Part shown: piece by piece, positions 61,762 through 64,000 of the stretch | Numbering within the stretch: position 1 is the first letter of the stretch | Layout of the letters: every line of letters begins with the position of its first letter | IMG/VR virus record: IMGVR_UViG_3300007513_000004 | Location: 1-64,000 of that record | DNA: 64,000 nt | Strand: one strand, 5' to 3' | The notes under the pieces: model-generated | Databases searched by the model: none | Told to the model about the DNA's origin: nothing | What the model saw: only the letters and a program-made list of their open reading frames with translations | Program-made: the position numbers and the translations under genes

Positions 61762-63999
61762 TTATAATTGTTTTGATTCTAAAGCAAACTTTCGAAGCTC
61801 CAGCCATCTCGAAAAGTCCGAAGCAATATTTTCGTCCAAGCCCGCCTCTTCTTCGTCCTCTTCATCTTCTTGTTCCAAACCCAGCGGTTCGACAGGCTCA
61901 TGCTCAAACCCTTCAGGCTCAAGGCTCTTAAGGTCGGGCACGGCCTCTTGCGGCTCCTCGGCAGCCGGAGGCGCTTCTTTTATAAAGATATCAAACCTTT
62001 CCATCCGTCGAACCTGATCACATTCGCCAGAATAAAGCCTTTCCAAATCCTCTTCATCCAATAAGAAATTAAAAAACGGAATACTTTTTACTTCTTTTAA
62101 ATATTCTTCTTTATTATTTTTTGAAATTCTATTTAATTCATTTCTTTTGCCTTCATAAAATTTTAACACTTTATTCATCACAATCTTAACGCCATTAATT
62201 GATCTGTTCCATACCTTTTGCTTTTCTCCCTTTTTTACATAAGAGCTTACATGCTGGGGATCTTCTTCGGCAATATCCATTCTTCTCCATCCATAAAATT
62301 TTGACATAAGCATACTTGTTTCTGTTTCAGAATACAAAAGCAAAGCATTTCCAAGCTTGGAGTTTACACTTAACATAAGCTTGAAAAAGTTAAAAGCAAA
62401 ATCTTCCACGCCTCTTTCTGTATCAAAGATATCCGAATTTCTTTTGTGAAGAGAACGCAAATAAAGATTGCCATCGGAACATAGTCCGTAAATATTATTC
62501 TTGGAAAAAATCTCTTTCATCTTATCCAACTTCAGTTTGGCTCTTTCTTCGGAAGATGCAGACACTCTTTCATTATACGGTCGAGACTCATCCAAAAGCT
62601 TAATGGCCTCGACTCGATCTCTTTCCAGCTGCTCAATTTCCGACGCTCCATCGGTTACGATGGCCTCTATGGTATGCGCGCAAGGCTCTCCCATAATGGG
62701 GGTCTCATGAGTTATCGGCTTTTTAATTATCCTATTGGACTTTAATACAACACTTCTTATGTATTTTCTTACATCGCCAATTGTTCGAAAGTATGTTTTT
62801 TTGGCATATGTGCGAACCATTGGGTCGGTTATAAGGCTTGTGCTATGCTCTGGGTTTGCCGCTCTTCCAAACCTTGTATCTTTACCGATATCTAATTTAG
62901 CAGCCTTACCATAATATCCTTGAAGCTTATGCCTTGTGAGCCATTTTTCGCCCATCTCCATCTCCAGGGCTTGTCCAGATACATTATGACTTGGCTGATT
63001 GGCATACATGTCTTCTTCGCTCATTCCTTTTCGGTATTGCTCACGAGCCCATGTATACTTCTCTCTATACTGCTCTTGCTCCCATTCGTTTCTTTTTTTT
63101 CTATATTCACAAGGCAAAAAGTTGGTGGCATTTTGTTTAAATGCAGGTATTGCAGCATAGCTGAGTGCTTCTAAGTCTTTTTGAACATCTTCCGAAAATC
63201 CATTTAATAGAATAATTTTTGTTAACTCTTGAACAAGAGGGCTGCGCACATGGTTCCATTGCCTTCCCGGCTTGCCCTGCACGTCCCACAGAGTCTTTAT
63301 TGATAATTCTTTATTGATAATTTTATAAACAAACTCTTCTAAAGACTCCTCTTCTATGTTGTCAACATATTTGTCGTTGATTCTTCTGATTACAGACATA
63401 AAATTCTCTTGCCTTCTCGCTCCGCTATCAGACCTTCTTTTGACTCTTCCGACCAAGTTTCCTCTGATCTTTCTTCGCAAGTATGAATCTTCTTCTGGTT
63501 CTAAATTCTCTGTATCAAAAGAGGTTAGGCCTGCGGCCACATCCTTCATTTCATCATCATATTCGCTTGCCAATGCTCTTTCTATATTTTCAGGATGGTT
63601 GCTGCCTGCTTGAGCACCGGGCCATTTTATCGGAATCCAAGGAGCTTGCTCCAAAGAGCACTGGCCACCGGATACGCCTCTGACAAATCTTGTTCCGACC
63701 AGATTATAAAGCATTATCGTTAGGTCTTGTTCTCTTTCGATTCTCAAGTTCCTTCTTACTCTGCCATCCTCTTTGTCCCAAGGTGGCGTATCTGGACTTC
63801 TGAGGTTTAGGTTTTCTAAATAAAAAATCTCTATAGGCCTATGAGCCCTCGTCCAAATGGCCCCACAGGATGTTGCGGAAATATCAAAGCCATCTTCGGC
63901 AGAATCGATATCTTCAATTATGTTTCTAAAAAGCTTTATCTCTCGCGCAACCACAGATCTCATTTCATTATAATCACGAGGACTTAACTTCTTTCTCAT
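61762..63999 (-). CDS. large hypothetical protein (may extend beyond the window edge)
   Basis: 745-aa ORF, acidic C-terminus, no recognised domain. Confidence 0.8.
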   Translation of the reverse strand: MRKKLSPRDYNEMRSVVAREIKLFRNIIEDIDSAEDGFDISATSCGAIWTRAHRPIEIFYLENLNLRSPDTPPWDKEDGRVRRNLRIEREQDLTIMLYNLVGTRFVRGVSGGQCSLEQAPWIPIKWPGAQAGSNHPENIERALASEYDDEMKDVAAGLTSFDTENLEPEEDSYLRRKIRGNLVGRVKRRSDSGARRQENFMSVIRRINDKYVDNIEEESLEEFVYKIINKELSIKTLWDVQGKPGRQWNHVRSPLVQELTKIILLNGFSEDVQKDLEALSYAAIPAFKQNATNFLPCEYRKKRNEWEQEQYREKYTWAREQYRKGMSEEDMYANQPSHNVSGQALEMEMGEKWLTRHKLQGYYGKAAKLDIGKDTRFGRAANPEHSTSLITDPMVRTYAKKTYFRTIGDVRKYIRSVVLKSNRIIKKPITHETPIMGEPCAHTIEAIVTDGASEIEQLERDRVEAIKLLDESRPYNERVSASSEERAKLKLDKMKEIFSKNNIYGLCSDGNLYLRSLHKRNSDIFDTERGVEDFAFNFFKLMLSVNSKLGNALLLYSETETSMLMSKFYGWRRMDIAEEDPQHVSSYVKKGEKQKVWNRSINGVKIVMNKVLKFYEGKRNELNRISKNNKEEYLKEVKSIPFFNFLLDEEDLERLYSGECDQVRRMERFDIFIKEAPPAAEEPQEAVPDLKSLEPEGFEHEPVEPLGLEQEDEEDEEEAGLDENIASDFSRWLELRKFALESKQL

Positions 64000-64000
64000 C

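Noticed and set aside
1-64000. Stop-codon reassignment (code 15 or 4), common in some large phages
   Set aside because: Genes tile tightly using TAA, TAG and TGA as stops and recognised proteins are full length; no suppressor tRNA seen

Overview
Segment of a large AT-rich dsDNA phage genome (jumbo/huge-phage-like), standard genetic code, mostly minus-strand genes. No capsid, terminase or polymerase gene lies in the window, so the phage call is an inference from gene content. Three zones are visible. (1) 1-24.4 kb: dense small accessory genes, HNH endonuclease, tmRNA, sigma70-family factor, 6 tRNAs, an ExbB/ExbD-like membrane trio and a protein kinase. (2) about 25-52.5 kb: an early/host-takeover-like block with 3 more tRNAs whose GC rises towards 52.3 kb. 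It is built of 1-3 gene units, each with a highly stereotyped promoter (TT[C/G]ATT-17 nt with invariant CATC-TACWTW; 23 copies read here, 2 more outside). It also holds about 40 mostly co-oriented TGTnAAAnTTTTGCCC boxes, head-to-head pairs of sigma54 consensus sites, three paralogues of a tandem-repeat protein, ArdC, SprT, a DNA ligase and several promoter-driven structured non-coding RNAs (one about 560 nt with a boxA). (3) 52.7-64 kb: a tandem array of genes sharing a roughly 30-aa N-terminal module (MINELIKLAxxLDxKGLxKEADYLDxxIKKxA) fused to unrelated cargo; 18 such genes occur window-wide. Best candidates for undescribed biology: the shared-leader/variable-cargo protein system, the polar box + promoter + sigma54-pair cassette architecture, and the large and small ncRNAs. 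All functional calls come from motif recognition by eye; no database searches were run.
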